A stretch of DNA of 64,000 bases from NCBI GenBank assembly GCA_051252135.1, contig JBPOGH010000020.1:15499-79498 (forward strand). Reading direction: 5' to 3'. The notes beneath the pieces were generated by a model. That model had not been told where the DNA came from and did no database searches. It worked only from the letters and a program-made list of their open reading frames with translations. Positions 31,502 through 42,089 of the stretch are shown piece by piece. Source of the DNA: Verrucomicrobiaceae bacterium. Its GTDB lineage: Bacteria > Verrucomicrobiota > Verrucomicrobiia > Verrucomicrobiales > Akkermansiaceae. Within the stretch, counting starts at the first letter, position 1; the number at the start of each line of letters is the position of its first letter. The translations under genes and the position numbers were made by a program.

Positions 31502-34500
31502 ATGAAATCCCGACTCGTTCCAAAACTGAGCCTCTCCTACCTCGCCGCGACTCTGGCACCGCTTATGGGTAATCCCATCGATCCCGCTCCCGTCGTTGTA
31601 ACCGGTCAGGTTGAGTTTTCCGGATTGGACACGCACAGCGCGGTAATCACCCAGGAGACCCAGAAGGCGATCGTGGACTACACCCACTTCAACATTCCCG
31701 AAGGATCGGTGGTTCAATTCATTCAGCCCAACAGTGAGTCAGCGTTACTCAACCGGATCACAGGAGCCGATCCGTCGCTTCTCAACGGAACTCTTACCGC
31801 CAATGGTCAGATTTATTTCGTGAACCCCGCCGGGGTGACTTTCGGACCCAATTCCGTAATTCGTGCGGATATTTTCATGGCAGCAGCCGGGCAGATTTCG
31901 AACGAGGATTTCCTCAACAATGTCCAAAACTTCTCTCTGAGTGGCAATGTGATCAATCACGGCTCGATCCGGACGGAAAATGGTGTTGGCCTCTTCGGAC
32001 GGCAGGTGGAAAACACCGGTGAGATAGTATCCAAGAACGGTTACGCCATTGTTGCAAGCGGGGACGAAGTTCACGTCCGTCAAGGCGGAACGAGCCTTGC
32101 CGTCGATGTGACGGATTCGGCGAAATCATCCCGGAATGGCACCGGAGTCCGGAACCTTGGGACGGTGGAGGGCGAGGAGGTGATGTTTTCCGCAGGGGAC
32201 GCATTTGCCACCGCCATTCAGCAATCTGGTAAGGTGACTGCCCGACGCAGCGCCAAAATTCAGTCCGATGGCGGTCATGTCGAAGTCTCGGGTTCCATCA
32301 CTGCCCGCAACGCAGCCGGAGAAGGGGGACGCATCGAGGTCGGCGGAACGGATCAGGGCGCAGATACCGCTCCTTCTTCTTCAAGCACCACGCTCGCGGA
32401 ATCCTCCCTGCTCGATGCCAGTTCGGATACGGGTAAAGGTGGACACATCGTCGTCTGGTCGGATGGCCACACTAATTTCTCCGGAGTCGCGGATGCCTCC
32501 GGCCAACCCGGTCAAGGGGGCTTCATTGAAGCGTCAGGAAAGACCATCGATTTTCTCAGTCTGGGTGAAAGCATTCGCTTGGGATCCGGTGGCAGTTTCT
32601 TGCTGGATCCAACGGATGTCACCATCACCAGCCCGATGGCCTCCGGATTCGAGAGTATGCTCAACAATGGCAATGACGTCAGTGTGACCACCAGCATTGG
32701 TGGGGGTGATGCGGGAAACATCACGGTGGCGGCAAGCATTCAGGTCCCCATCAACAATCTGAACAACAAAGGAAAGCTCTCCTTGAATGCTGACAATGAT
32801 ATCGTGGTCAACACCGGGGTGGTTATTCAGAATCTTCAGGAAGACTTCATTACCAATGAGGCCGTCTTTGACTTTCAGGCAGGGGGAGACATCAAACTCA
32901 ACGGAAACCTCCGGCATTCCGGCACCAACGGAGAATCCGGCCACGGATCGATTCTCCTGACTGCTGGTGGCGAGGTTCTTGTTAACGATGTCACCGTAGA
33001 CGCCAATGGAGGTTCCATCATTGTCGATGCCAACCGGCTCACCATCGCCGGTCTCAGTGGAGATTTGGCCGCCGGCCTTAGTGCGGAAGACACCTCGCGG
33101 ATCGACATCACGGCTACGGATCGCGTCACTTTCAACGGCGGCAACATCAAGACCTTCGGTGGCGCCGATATTTTTATCGATACCGGCCTCCTCATCAACA
33201 ACACGGGTTCGAACGCGCTAGCCGGGGATGTTTCGACGGGGAGCTTCTACGGGATTCGTCTTCCGAATCCGACCGATAACGGCTCAGGGACCAACCACAT
33301 CTATAACGGAATTCAAAGTGGCGCCAGAGCCGCCTTCAATGTCACCGATTTTGCTCCCATCAAGTCGACCGGAATCTCGGGAAACCGTTACTACTACAAT
33401 CACCAGCCAACCGTCGATATCACCGCAGTGGACGGCACAAAAATTTACGGCAATACCTTTAATCTGCCCACTGGCGGCCCCGCCGTTTCGGTTGACACGG
33501 GAGACTTTGTCCAAGCTCCTCTTGGCGATCCTTTCCTGGATGACACCACCGCCAACACGCTCAACCTTACCGGAGTGACGACTTCCTCCGCCGGTGCTGT
33601 CACAGGCGCCAATGTTGGAAGCTATGACATCACTCCAACCGGAGCCACCAGCAACAACGGATACGCCTTTAATTATGTCGACGGAAATCTAGTGGTGAAC
33701 CAACGGGCCGTCACTCTCACCGCAAGTCAGCAGAGTAAACAATATGGCGACAATCTCAATCTGGGAACCACTGCATTCTCCGTAACAGACCTCGATAACG
33801 ACAGCACCCTGCCCAATGGCAACGTGATCAATAGTGTCACGCTGAACTCACCGTCCAACATCGATAGCTCGTCCGTGGCCAATGCGGGAACTTATGCCCA
33901 GGAGATCAAAATCACCGGGCAGTCGGGCATCGGCGGGTTTGATTCCGCGAACTACGACTTCACCTACGTAGACGGAAATCTAGTCGTAAACCCCCGCAAT
34001 GTCACCGTGACCGCGTCACAACAGAACAAGTTCTACGGAGACGTCCTTGATCTCACTTCGAACGACAGTAAGACAGCTTTCTCCATCGTGGACAATGGTC
34101 TCACCAACGGGGGGGACGCTATTCTGCCCAACGGAGAGACCATCGGTACCGTATCACTCATCAGTGTTGTCCCTGTGGATGTGGCTGCCAGCACAACGGA
34201 AAGTGTCGGCACCTATTCGAATGAGTTGCGTATCACAGGAGTAACCGGTGGCGGATCGTTCGATGTAGCCAACTACAACCTCACCTTCGTCGACGGAAAC
34301 CTCGTCATCGATCCCCGCCCAATTACCGTGACTCCGGACGCTCAATCCAAGCAATACGGAGACATTCTTCCTCTTGGCACCACCGCCTTCAGCGTACTGG
34401 ATAACGGCCTCACCAATGGTGGAGATAGCGCTCTCCCGAATAACGAGCAAATTGACACCATTGCGCTCATCAGCAGTGGGGGAATCGCCGCAAGCACTGA

Positions 34501-36997
34501 TTCAGATGCCGGTTCTTACGTTGACAATATCAGTGTCGATTCCGGCCTCTTTGCCAGTGGAAACGGTTCCAATGGTTTCAATGCCAACAACTACGACATT
34601 ACGTTCGCGACCGGAGATTTGACCATCGATCCAAGGCAAATCGAACTCATCGCAAATCGTCAGGAGAAATTCTACGGCGACATGCTCACTCTGGATGACT
34701 CGGCCTTCACCACCGTCGATCAGGGCAACGCTCTCGATAACGCTCTGCCAAATGGTGAAGAAATCACCGCTGTTACGATCAACTCAGCCACCAGTCTGGA
34801 TCAATCCACCACGGTTGATGCAGGACTCTATTCGAGTGAAATCAACATCAGCAGCCCCGTCACCGGAACTCCCGGAACCGGAGATGGCTTCCTGGAGTCC
34901 AACTACGATATCACCTTTACCAGTGGCGATCTTTTGGTGAAACCACGCCCAATCACTGTTTCTCCCACCCAGCAGGAGAAAATCTACGGAAACGTCCTCG
35001 TTCTCGATACGGCTTCCTTCACGGTCACTGACCTCGATAATGATGCTGTCCTCCCCAACAACGAGAGCATCAATACCGTCAGCGTCATCAGCCGTGGTGG
35101 CCACGATTCGTCCACAACCTCCTCGGCCGTCACCTATGCCGATGACCTTGAAATCACCGGCGTCGCCAGCAGCAGCAATGGATTTGAACTCACCAACTAT
35201 TCCATCGATTTTTCCAACCTTGCTGATTTTGTCATCAACCGCCGGGCAGTGACACTCACCGCTCTGCAGCAGGAGAAGGATTATGGAGATGTCCACACCC
35301 TGGACACCACCTCATTTGGCATAACTGACCTCGACAATGATTCGAACCTGCCTAACGGCGAGATGATCGACAACGTCACCCTCGTCAGCGCCAATGGAAT
35401 AGACGCTTCAACGGATGCCGATGTCGGCACCTACACCGATAACCTTTCCATCACGCCTACCGGCACCGGCACACCCACACTTTCCGGCAGCAATGGTTTC
35501 GACCAGGAAAACTACGTCTTCAGCTACGAAACGGGTAATTTCGTCATCAATCAGCGGGCAATTACCCTGACCGCCAACCAACAGGAGAAGACTTACGGTA
35601 ATCAGCTCAATCTCGATGATACCGCGTTTGCCACTCTGGATAAGGATGGAGATGCGGCTCTGCCAAACGGTGAAGTGATCACCAACGTCACCATCAATTC
35701 CGCAACCGGAGTGTCCGGATCAACCAGCGCCGGAGCGGCAACCTACGATGATGAGATTGTCATTTCCGGCCCTGTCACAGGCACCTCCGGAACCGGAGAC
35801 GGCTTCCAGGAATCCAACTACAACATCACCTATGTCGAAGGAGATTTGGTGGTCAACAAGCGGGCGATCACTCTCACCGCACTTCCCCAATCGAAAGTGT
35901 ATGGCGAATCCGTCACGGCAAGCCCGACCGCTTTCTCTGTTCTTGATCTGGATAACGACGCCATCCTTCCCAATGGTGAGACGATCAATTCCGTCAATAT
36001 CACGAGCAACGTAGCCGGTGATTCGACTGCCAACGCCGGCACTTACGTCGATGATCTTGCTCCGACCAACATCCTGACCGCCTCCGGTAACTTCGATGAG
36101 GGCAACTATGACATCACCCGGGTGTCGGGGACCTACACGATTGATCAACGCGCCATTCTGTTGACCGCTCATGATCAAGGTAAGGTCTACGGAGAATCGG
36201 ACTCACTCGATACCACCGCGTTTACGGTCACCGATACCTTCGGCGGCGGCGGGAATAGCCTTCCCAACGGAGAGCTGGTGGATGCGGTTTCTTTCAATCC
36301 TACTTCGCTCCCCGGTGACACCACCGCAGCGGCCGGAAACTATGCGGATCAGCTGAGCATCTCCGGCCAAACAGGATCCAATGACTTCCTTGCTTCAAAC
36401 TATAGCATCTCCTACGCCTCCGGTGACTACAACATCACGCGACGGGCAGTCGAGTTGGCCATCAATGATGACAAGCGATACGCCGGCTCGGCATATGAGA
36501 TCGATCCCACCGCCTTCGTAACCATTGATTTCGATGGTGATGAGTTTCTTCCCAACGGGGAATCCATCGATTCCCTCAATATCACCAGCCTCACGGGAGT
36601 CGCCGAAAACCCGATCGCGCCAATGGGAGTTTATCTTGGGGAGCTGACCGCCAATTCCAATTCGGCAGCCGGTTCGAACGGGTTCAATCCCGCAAACTAT
36701 GCCATTACGGTCACTCCGGGCGATTTTGAAATCGAGGCCTTCCCCGGCCTTGCTGCAATCGGTCAGGATGTCTTCATCGAACGATGGATCCTCGATAATA
36801 TCGGATATGATCCAACCGATCCCTTTGCTCACAGCTATGCCATATCCCAAAGTGTCGGACTACAGCTCCTCGCACTTGAGTCATGGAGCAAGTTGCCTGC
36901 TGCCAAAAAGCAGGTGGTTCTCTCCTCACTCGATGACATCCCGTTGCACCTCCAAACGCTCGACCTCGCGAAAAAACTCATCGAGCAAGCAAAGTAA
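31502..36997 (+). CDS. Filamentous haemagglutinin-family TpsA exoprotein with tandem MBG-like repeats (1831 aa)
   Basis: ATG 31502 gives a signal peptide (MKSRLVPKLSLSYLAATLAPLMG). A TPS secretion domain follows: 'ALLNRITGADPSLLNGTLTANGQIYFVNPAGV' (NPxG motif), then beta-helix segments such as 'GKGGHIVVWSD..GGFIEASG..GSFLLDPTDVTI'. A TpsB gene is adjacent. Confidence 0.9.
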   Translation: MKSRLVPKLSLSYLAATLAPLMGNPIDPAPVVVTGQVEFSGLDTHSAVITQETQKAIVDYTHFNIPEGSVVQFIQPNSESALLNRITGADPSLLNGTLTANGQIYFVNPAGVTFGPNSVIRADIFMAAAGQISNEDFLNNVQNFSLSGNVINHGSIRTENGVGLFGRQVENTGEIVSKNGYAIVASGDEVHVRQGGTSLAVDVTDSAKSSRNGTGVRNLGTVEGEEVMFSAGDAFATAIQQSGKVTARRSAKIQSDGGHVEVSGSITARNAAGEGGRIEVGGTDQGADTAPSSSSTTLAESSLLDASSDTGKGGHIVVWSDGHTNFSGVADASGQPGQGGFIEASGKTIDFLSLGESIRLGSGGSFLLDPTDVTITSPMASGFESMLNNGNDVSVTTSIGGGDAGNITVAASIQVPINNLNNKGKLSLNADNDIVVNTGVVIQNLQEDFITNEAVFDFQAGGDIKLNGNLRHSGTNGESGHGSILLTAGGEVLVNDVTVDANGGSIIVDANRLTIAGLSGDLAAGLSAEDTSRIDITATDRVTFNGGNIKTFGGADIFIDTGLLINNTGSNALAGDVSTGSFYGIRLPNPTDNGSGTNHIYNGIQSGARAAFNVTDFAPIKSTGISGNRYYYNHQPTVDITAVDGTKIYGNTFNLPTGGPAVSVDTGDFVQAPLGDPFLDDTTANTLNLTGVTTSSAGAVTGANVGSYDITPTGATSNNGYAFNYVDGNLVVNQRAVTLTASQQSKQYGDNLNLGTTAFSVTDLDNDSTLPNGNVINSVTLNSPSNIDSSSVANAGTYAQEIKITGQSGIGGFDSANYDFTYVDGNLVVNPRNVTVTASQQNKFYGDVLDLTSNDSKTAFSIVDNGLTNGGDAILPNGETIGTVSLISVVPVDVAASTTESVGTYSNELRITGVTGGGSFDVANYNLTFVDGNLVIDPRPITVTPDAQSKQYGDILPLGTTAFSVLDNGLTNGGDSALPNNEQIDTIALISSGGIAASTDSDAGSYVDNISVDSGLFASGNGSNGFNANNYDITFATGDLTIDPRQIELIANRQEKFYGDMLTLDDSAFTTVDQGNALDNALPNGEEITAVTINSATSLDQSTTVDAGLYSSEINISSPVTGTPGTGDGFLESNYDITFTSGDLLVKPRPITVSPTQQEKIYGNVLVLDTASFTVTDLDNDAVLPNNESINTVSVISRGGHDSSTTSSAVTYADDLEITGVASSSNGFELTNYSIDFSNLADFVINRRAVTLTALQQEKDYGDVHTLDTTSFGITDLDNDSNLPNGEMIDNVTLVSANGIDASTDADVGTYTDNLSITPTGTGTPTLSGSNGFDQENYVFSYETGNFVINQRAITLTANQQEKTYGNQLNLDDTAFATLDKDGDAALPNGEVITNVTINSATGVSGSTSAGAATYDDEIVISGPVTGTSGTGDGFQESNYNITYVEGDLVVNKRAITLTALPQSKVYGESVTASPTAFSVLDLDNDAILPNGETINSVNITSNVAGDSTANAGTYVDDLAPTNILTASGNFDEGNYDITRVSGTYTIDQRAILLTAHDQGKVYGESDSLDTTAFTVTDTFGGGGNSLPNGELVDAVSFNPTSLPGDTTAAAGNYADQLSISGQTGSNDFLASNYSISYASGDYNITRRAVELAINDDKRYAGSAYEIDPTAFVTIDFDGDEFLPNGESIDSLNITSLTGVAENPIAPMGVYLGELTANSNSAAGSNGFNPANYAITVTPGDFEIEAFPGLAAIGQDVFIERWILDNIGYDPTDPFAHSYAISQSVGLQLLALESWSKLPAAKKQVVLSSLDDIPLHLQTLDLAKKLIEQAK
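33407..36740 (+). repeat. 11 tandem ~100-aa MBG/YDG-like domains in TpsA
   Basis: Units typically start 'x[IV]TLTAxxQxKxYG' and end 'NYxxx[YF]xxGx[LF]x[IV]xxR', most with an internal 'LPNGE'. I counted 11 in the translation. Confidence 0.85.
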
Positions 36998-37041
36998 ACT
37001 CCGACCCGTCCGCCACTTCCAACGTCCTTCATTTCCTGCCC

Positions 37042-38718
37042 ATGAACCCAACCGTAAAATTTCTAGCCGGCGCTTCCGCAGCTGCCCTCCTAACCGGAAC
37101 CGCTCTTGCCGGTCCGCTCAAGTTCTCCGGAAATTCGACGATCCAAACCAATGACCTTTTATCGGTCTCGGTGAATCTTAAGGAGGGAGAAGGGGGACTC
37201 GTTCCTGATCCGTCGGGCCTTCCCTACGAGCTCCGTGATATCGACGCCTTGAAATTGTCGCCGGCAGCCATTTCAGCAATTTTACGGAGTGTGAGTGAAC
37301 TCTATCAGGAAAGAGGAATTCTTGCCACCCGTGCTGTAGTCACCGCTCAGGGATACAAGGCTTCTCTGAATGGGAAGCCGCTTGCAATCAAGATCATCGA
37401 GGGAAGGATCACCAGAACGCGGATCGTAGGCACCAAAGACAATCAAGTGATCTCCGACGCCAAACGCGCCCGAATCGAGGCCGCGGCCCCGGTGGGAGCA
37501 GGAGAAACCATTTCCGCAAAGGCGCTCGACGGCACCGTGGGCCAGATGAATCGCTTCAGCAGGCAGCAAGTGCGGCCGGTTCTTGTTCCTGAAGATGGCG
37601 ACTTGATTCTTGAATACCGCGTCAAGCAGCTGGACGAAGAAATCACCTCCGTGACTCTGGATAACTACGGATCGGACCGGGTTGGCAGGGAAAGAGCGTC
37701 GCTCGATTATGCCCGCTGGAACCTCCTGACACCGGACGACAAGTTTCATTTCAAGGCCCTGTCTTCTTTCGACGGCAATAGCAGTTTTGTAGGTGCTGAT
37801 TATCTTCTTCCTTTGGATGACCTAGCCAGTAGCCGCCTCGGTTTTAATCTTTCCTATAGTGATTTCACTGCGGAGGACGTGGGGCTGGCAGGAGCAGTTG
37901 GTATTAATTTTGAAGGCAACAGTCTCAACCTCGGGGTCAATTGGGAAAAGACCCTCTGGAGCGGGGAAGGGGAGTATCTCGATAGCATTGTTGGGCTCCG
38001 TTATCTCAATGTGACCCAGGATCAGAGCAGCATCGGCATCCCCAAAGCCAGCACAGCATTTTTACTGCCTTCCGCCGGTCTTCGATACTCACGAACCACC
38101 AAGAACAGCTCTCTCATTCTGGGCGGACAACTTGAAGCAAACCTGTCCAGCATCGCGGGGACAGATTCCGGACTCGCGCTTGCACGTCAAGGACGTCTGT
38201 TTGCTGAAGATTCCTTCGTAACCGGATCCCTTTACGCCGCTTACCGGCTCTATCTCGATGAGATTTTGACCGGGACAGATGGAAGAGATCACGAGTTTTC
38301 CGCATTCCTCACTGGCAATACGAGCTTTGGTGATCGCCTTGCACCATCATTTCTCAACGTTGCCGGGGGGTATTCAACGGTGCGCGGGTATCCCTTGGGC
38401 GCGGCCTCCGGAGACAATTTGCTGATGCTCAAACTCGACTACAAGTATCACTTCGACACCCTCGACATCCACGGCGTTCCCCTGGACCTCTCCGCCTCGT
38501 TCTTCAGTGATGTGGCAACCGTAAAGAACGAGAACGCGGTGATCTTTGAGCGGGACGATACCCTTTGGTCCGTCGGGCTGGGATTGGAAGCGGTCATCAA
38601 TGCCGACTTGCGGGCCTCACTTGGCTACGGAGTGGCGCTTCGGGACGTGATTTCACCCACTCAAATCATCATGGCCGGCGACGGTCAGTTTTACTTCCAG
38701 GTTGGCTACTCCTTCTAG
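37042..38718 (+). CDS. ShlB/FhaC/HecB-family two-partner secretion outer-membrane transporter (TpsB)
   Basis: Signal peptide; POTRA-like region ('LYQERGILATRAVV..LAIKIIEGRI'); 'LDNYGSDRVG' barrel start; VRGY motif ('GGYSTVRGY'); C-terminal beta-signal 'FYFQVGYSF'. Confidence 0.92.
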   Translation: MNPTVKFLAGASAAALLTGTALAGPLKFSGNSTIQTNDLLSVSVNLKEGEGGLVPDPSGLPYELRDIDALKLSPAAISAILRSVSELYQERGILATRAVVTAQGYKASLNGKPLAIKIIEGRITRTRIVGTKDNQVISDAKRARIEAAAPVGAGETISAKALDGTVGQMNRFSRQQVRPVLVPEDGDLILEYRVKQLDEEITSVTLDNYGSDRVGRERASLDYARWNLLTPDDKFHFKALSSFDGNSSFVGADYLLPLDDLASSRLGFNLSYSDFTAEDVGLAGAVGINFEGNSLNLGVNWEKTLWSGEGEYLDSIVGLRYLNVTQDQSSIGIPKASTAFLLPSAGLRYSRTTKNSSLILGGQLEANLSSIAGTDSGLALARQGRLFAEDSFVTGSLYAAYRLYLDEILTGTDGRDHEFSAFLTGNTSFGDRLAPSFLNVAGGYSTVRGYPLGAASGDNLLMLKLDYKYHFDTLDIHGVPLDLSASFFSDVATVKNENAVIFERDDTLWSVGLGLEAVINADLRASLGYGVALRDVISPTQIIMAGDGQFYFQVGYSF

Positions 38719-38743
38719 TCCTACTCAACCCACCATTTAAGTT

Positions 38744-39523
38744 ATGAAAACTTCATTATACCAATTCTGTTTGAGCCTGCTCTTTGTTTTTGGGGCAGTG
38801 CTTCATGCTCAGTCCCTGCAGCCGGCCTGGGGGTATTCCTATGATGAAGCGGAAGCGGGTAAGCAGATTGTTTTCATCACTCCCATAAACGCAGGGACCG
38901 ATGGCAGTGTCGCCTTCGTGGTCACCCGGGGTGACGGAGGTGGGGGCAATCTGGAGAACCAAATTTTTTGGTTGAAAGCAAAAGCGGACGGATCGTCTCC
39001 GAATGCGCCCCTCTGGACTTCGGGATGGCAAGCCAGCGGCGGATTTACAGACGTGGTTGCCGTTCGTCGAAACCATTTGGTTTATTCAACCGGGCGCTTG
39101 ATTAAGTCCGTCACCCTTGACGAGGCGGGCACCCCGACAGAGTCAACGGTCAAGGCGTTTGCAGGTGCCGAGGAGGGCGGAGACCCCTTGATCTTCACGC
39201 TGGAGCAGGCCCGAACTGCGGGCTTCGTTTACGCTATTGCGACCCAGGAAAATAAGCGTGGATTCACCCTGAGCTCATTTCGATTTGCTCCAGGGCCTCC
39301 CGAAGTATCCGGCGTTTCGACTTTTAGCTCTGTCACCGGAGACACCCTTTCCATTTCGTTTCAAAGCGAGATCGATGCCGAGTATCAACTTCAGAGTTCA
39401 ACCAATCTCGAAGCCAATAGCTGGGAAAACGTCGGGGTCGCTTTGGTTGGCAATGGCGGAATCCAGACCTTCACTCAAAGCGCGGGAGACTCAAAATTGT
39501 TCTTCCGGATCGTTGCTCTATAA
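38744..39523 (+). CDS. Secreted hypothetical protein with a Verrucomicrobia-type C-terminal domain
   Basis: Signal peptide ending 'VLHA|QS'. The C-terminus 'YQLQSSTNLEANSWENVG...KLFFRIVAL' resembles the YxLxxSxxLxxW...F[YF]R tail common on verrucomicrobial extracellular proteins. Confidence 0.75.
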   Translation: MKTSLYQFCLSLLFVFGAVLHAQSLQPAWGYSYDEAEAGKQIVFITPINAGTDGSVAFVVTRGDGGGGNLENQIFWLKAKADGSSPNAPLWTSGWQASGGFTDVVAVRRNHLVYSTGRLIKSVTLDEAGTPTESTVKAFAGAEEGGDPLIFTLEQARTAGFVYAIATQENKRGFTLSSFRFAPGPPEVSGVSTFSSVTGDTLSISFQSEIDAEYQLQSSTNLEANSWENVGVALVGNGGIQTFTQSAGDSKLFFRIVAL

Positions 39524-39649
39524 CAAGACGACGACAGTCCCATTCCTCTCCTGCCGTTTTTATACTGACCGCTTTTCTTGCAGGGCCCGATCCGGAGAGC
39601 CCCGGAAAATCGCTTCCACCCGGATGAGACGGTTTAAAAATCTGTCCGC

Positions 39650-39678
39650 TTGACGGAAAAGTTCACAGTTCCTAGCAT
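39650..39678 (+). promoter_or_regulatory. Putative sigma70 promoter of the tolC-MFP-M50-secA operon
   Basis: TTGACG (39650-39655), a 17-bp spacer, then TAGCAT (39673-39678), 67 bp upstream of the TolC ATG. Confidence 0.55.
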
Positions 39679-39745
39679 CCGCACTCGACCATTCTGTCGT
39701 GCTTAGCCAATCCATTTTCGGGTTGGCCCTATTTTTCCCCTGCGT

Positions 39746-41311
39746 ATGAAACCCGTTTCTTTATTGGCAGCATCTAGTCTCATTTTGAATTTCTGCCCAA
39801 CCGCAGACGCCCAGAAAACCGAACTCTTAAGTCTATACTCATCCGCCCATCAGGCAATCCGGAGAAATCTGGATTTTCAAGGAGAGATGGAAAGCATCAA
39901 GATCAGCCAAGCCCAAATGCGGCGGGAAATGGCGGAATTTGGTTGGGGTCTGGAAGCACTTACCCGTTATGAAGATCGGGAAAAACCCCAAAACACCCGT
40001 GAATTCATCGCGGTCGGGGGAGTCCAGCTTCCGGGAAATTCCGCGCGAATCTTTGTAGATGAGAATTTCACTGCCCGTGTCGGCTTGAAAAAGAAGTATA
40101 CCACGGGAACAACTGTTGAATTCGGAACCCGTTTCTCGCGACTGGAGAACACTCTCAACCGAACTTCCACCAATGCTCTATATACCCCGGAATATGAGTC
40201 TTTCACTGGGATCACCATTACCCAACCTCTACTCCAGGGCTTCGGTCGTGATGCAAACCTTGCAGGAGTAAATATTGCCCGGCGCCGTCTCGCGGCACAA
40301 GAGGTGCTCACCCGCGTCAAAGCGATGAATCTGGTGGCAGAGGTAGCCAGTCGCTACACTGATATTGTCACCGCGGATCGGGTGTTGGCCGTTCATGCCC
40401 AGAATATCGAATTGGCCGAACGAATGCTGAAGCGCAACAAAGAGCTTCTTGCCACCAACGAGGGTCTGCTTACCGATGTCACAACCGCAGAGTTGGCCCT
40501 TTATCAACGCCAGGACCAATATATTACAACGGCGGCGGACAAGATTGAGCGAGTCAACATCCTCTTTGCCCTCATTGATCGCGCACCGGACCTTGAAGGA
40601 ACCACTCGTTTCCAGCCCATTTCCACTTTCTTTTCAGGGGCTGCCTTGAACGGAAAGCGTGAGCTCATCAACTACGGGCAGTCCCGGCGCCTTGATGTCG
40701 TCTATTACAATCATGTGGTCGAGACCGCTAAGCTCAATGTCCTGCGTGCACGGGATTCGGGCAAACCACAGCTGAATCTCACTGGTTCGGCAGGGGTATA
40801 CGGGCTCAGCGAAACTTCTGGCGGCTCCTTCCGGGAAGCGCGCGATACCCAGGGAACCGAGTGGTCCTTGGGACTCAACTTCAAGATGCCTCTGGGAAGC
40901 GACGGCGCGGATGCCGCGGTAGATGCGGCCAAGGCGCAGGTGAGACAGGCGGAAATGGAATTGGCCAAAGCCAAGCGCGGCATTTCCCTGGAGGTGGACA
41001 CTGCCACGAGTCGTGTTGACGCCGCAAAGAAGCGTATCACTACCGCAAAAAAAGCGGTGGAATTGGCCACGCAGCGCCTGAAGCAGGAAGAAGACCTCTA
41101 CACTGCCGGCGAAGGAGATTTCTACCGCGTTGTGGAACAACAACAAATTCTGGGTGACGCCCAGGTCAATCTGGTGGCCAGCGAGGCGGCTCTCAGCAAA
41201 TCCGTGATCGCGGTTTGGCTTGCCGCCGGTAAGATTTTTGAGCGGATGGGAATCTCTCCTGCAGAAGTTGAGATGATGATCACCCGGGCCAAGGAGAAAA
41301 AGAAGAAGTGA
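39746..41311 (+). CDS. TolC-family outer membrane efflux/secretion protein
   Basis: Signal peptide and two OEP-like halves ('GITITQPLLQGFG', 'KPQLNLTGSAG', 'WSLGLNFKMPLG') with long coiled-coil helices; 521 aa. First gene of the MFP cluster. Confidence 0.88.
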   Translation: MKPVSLLAASSLILNFCPTADAQKTELLSLYSSAHQAIRRNLDFQGEMESIKISQAQMRREMAEFGWGLEALTRYEDREKPQNTREFIAVGGVQLPGNSARIFVDENFTARVGLKKKYTTGTTVEFGTRFSRLENTLNRTSTNALYTPEYESFTGITITQPLLQGFGRDANLAGVNIARRRLAAQEVLTRVKAMNLVAEVASRYTDIVTADRVLAVHAQNIELAERMLKRNKELLATNEGLLTDVTTAELALYQRQDQYITTAADKIERVNILFALIDRAPDLEGTTRFQPISTFFSGAALNGKRELINYGQSRRLDVVYYNHVVETAKLNVLRARDSGKPQLNLTGSAGVYGLSETSGGSFREARDTQGTEWSLGLNFKMPLGSDGADAAVDAAKAQVRQAEMELAKAKRGISLEVDTATSRVDAAKKRITTAKKAVELATQRLKQEEDLYTAGEGDFYRVVEQQQILGDAQVNLVASEAALSKSVIAVWLAAGKIFERMGISPAEVEMMITRAKEKKKK

Positions 41312-41360
41312 TTTCTTTCCTCCCCAACAACTAAGATTTCTCTCGTACTAAAGAAGAATT

Positions 41361-42089
41361 GTGATTCATAAATTGATCTTAATAGGCGGATACATCGCCT
41401 TGGCCTCCGGGGCCATGGGCGACCTCTGGGTGGAAGGAACGAGCCAGCCCTCGGAACGTATCACCATCAGTTCTCCGGTGGAGGAAATCGTGGAAAGTGT
41501 GGAGGTTGTCGAGGGTGACGTGGTTGAAAAAGGTGCCGTACTGGCAACCCTTTTTTCCACCCAGGAAGCGTTGGAGGTCAAGCGATTGGGCCTCCTGATC
41601 GATAAGGCCGCAGAAGACCTGCGAACGGCCCAGAATCTCTACAACAAGAAGATTCAGAGTAAGTCGAATCTCATGGAGAAGGAGGTCGAACTGAAGCGCC
41701 TGAAGGTGGAACGCGAGATTGCCCAATTTTCCGTGGATCAACGTTCGATCAAGGCTCCGGTGGCGGGGACCGTGGTCTATCGCTTGAAGGATCCCGGTGA
41801 GGCAATCGGCAGGGTTGAACCACTTTTTGAGATCATTGATGCTTCGCGGCTCAAGCTGGTATTCTTTCTGTCGACGAAACACCTCCCTCTCCTCAAGGAG
41901 GGTATGGAGGTCGACGTAACGTTCCCCGAAATGCCCAAAGTAAGTGGCCAGAAAGCGAAATTGGTTTTTGTCGATTCGCAACTGGATTCCCGCAGCGGAC
42001 TCTTTCGGGTTCGCTTCGATTTCGACAATGGTGAGCTTAAGCTCAAGCCGGGTTTGCGTGTGAAGGTCAAGCTCCCTGAAATCGAATGA
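41361..42089 (+). CDS. Efflux RND/HlyD-type periplasmic adaptor (membrane fusion protein)
   Basis: Lipoyl-like halves 'VEVVEGDVVEKGAVLATL' and 'IKAPVAGTV', a coiled-coil hairpin, and 'DSRSGLFRVR..N..LKPGL'. Confidence 0.88.
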   Translation: MIHKLILIGGYIALASGAMGDLWVEGTSQPSERITISSPVEEIVESVEVVEGDVVEKGAVLATLFSTQEALEVKRLGLLIDKAAEDLRTAQNLYNKKIQSKSNLMEKEVELKRLKVEREIAQFSVDQRSIKAPVAGTVVYRLKDPGEAIGRVEPLFEIIDASRLKLVFFLSTKHLPLLKEGMEVDVTFPEMPKVSGQKAKLVFVDSQLDSRSGLFRVRFDFDNGELKLKPGLRVKVKLPEIE

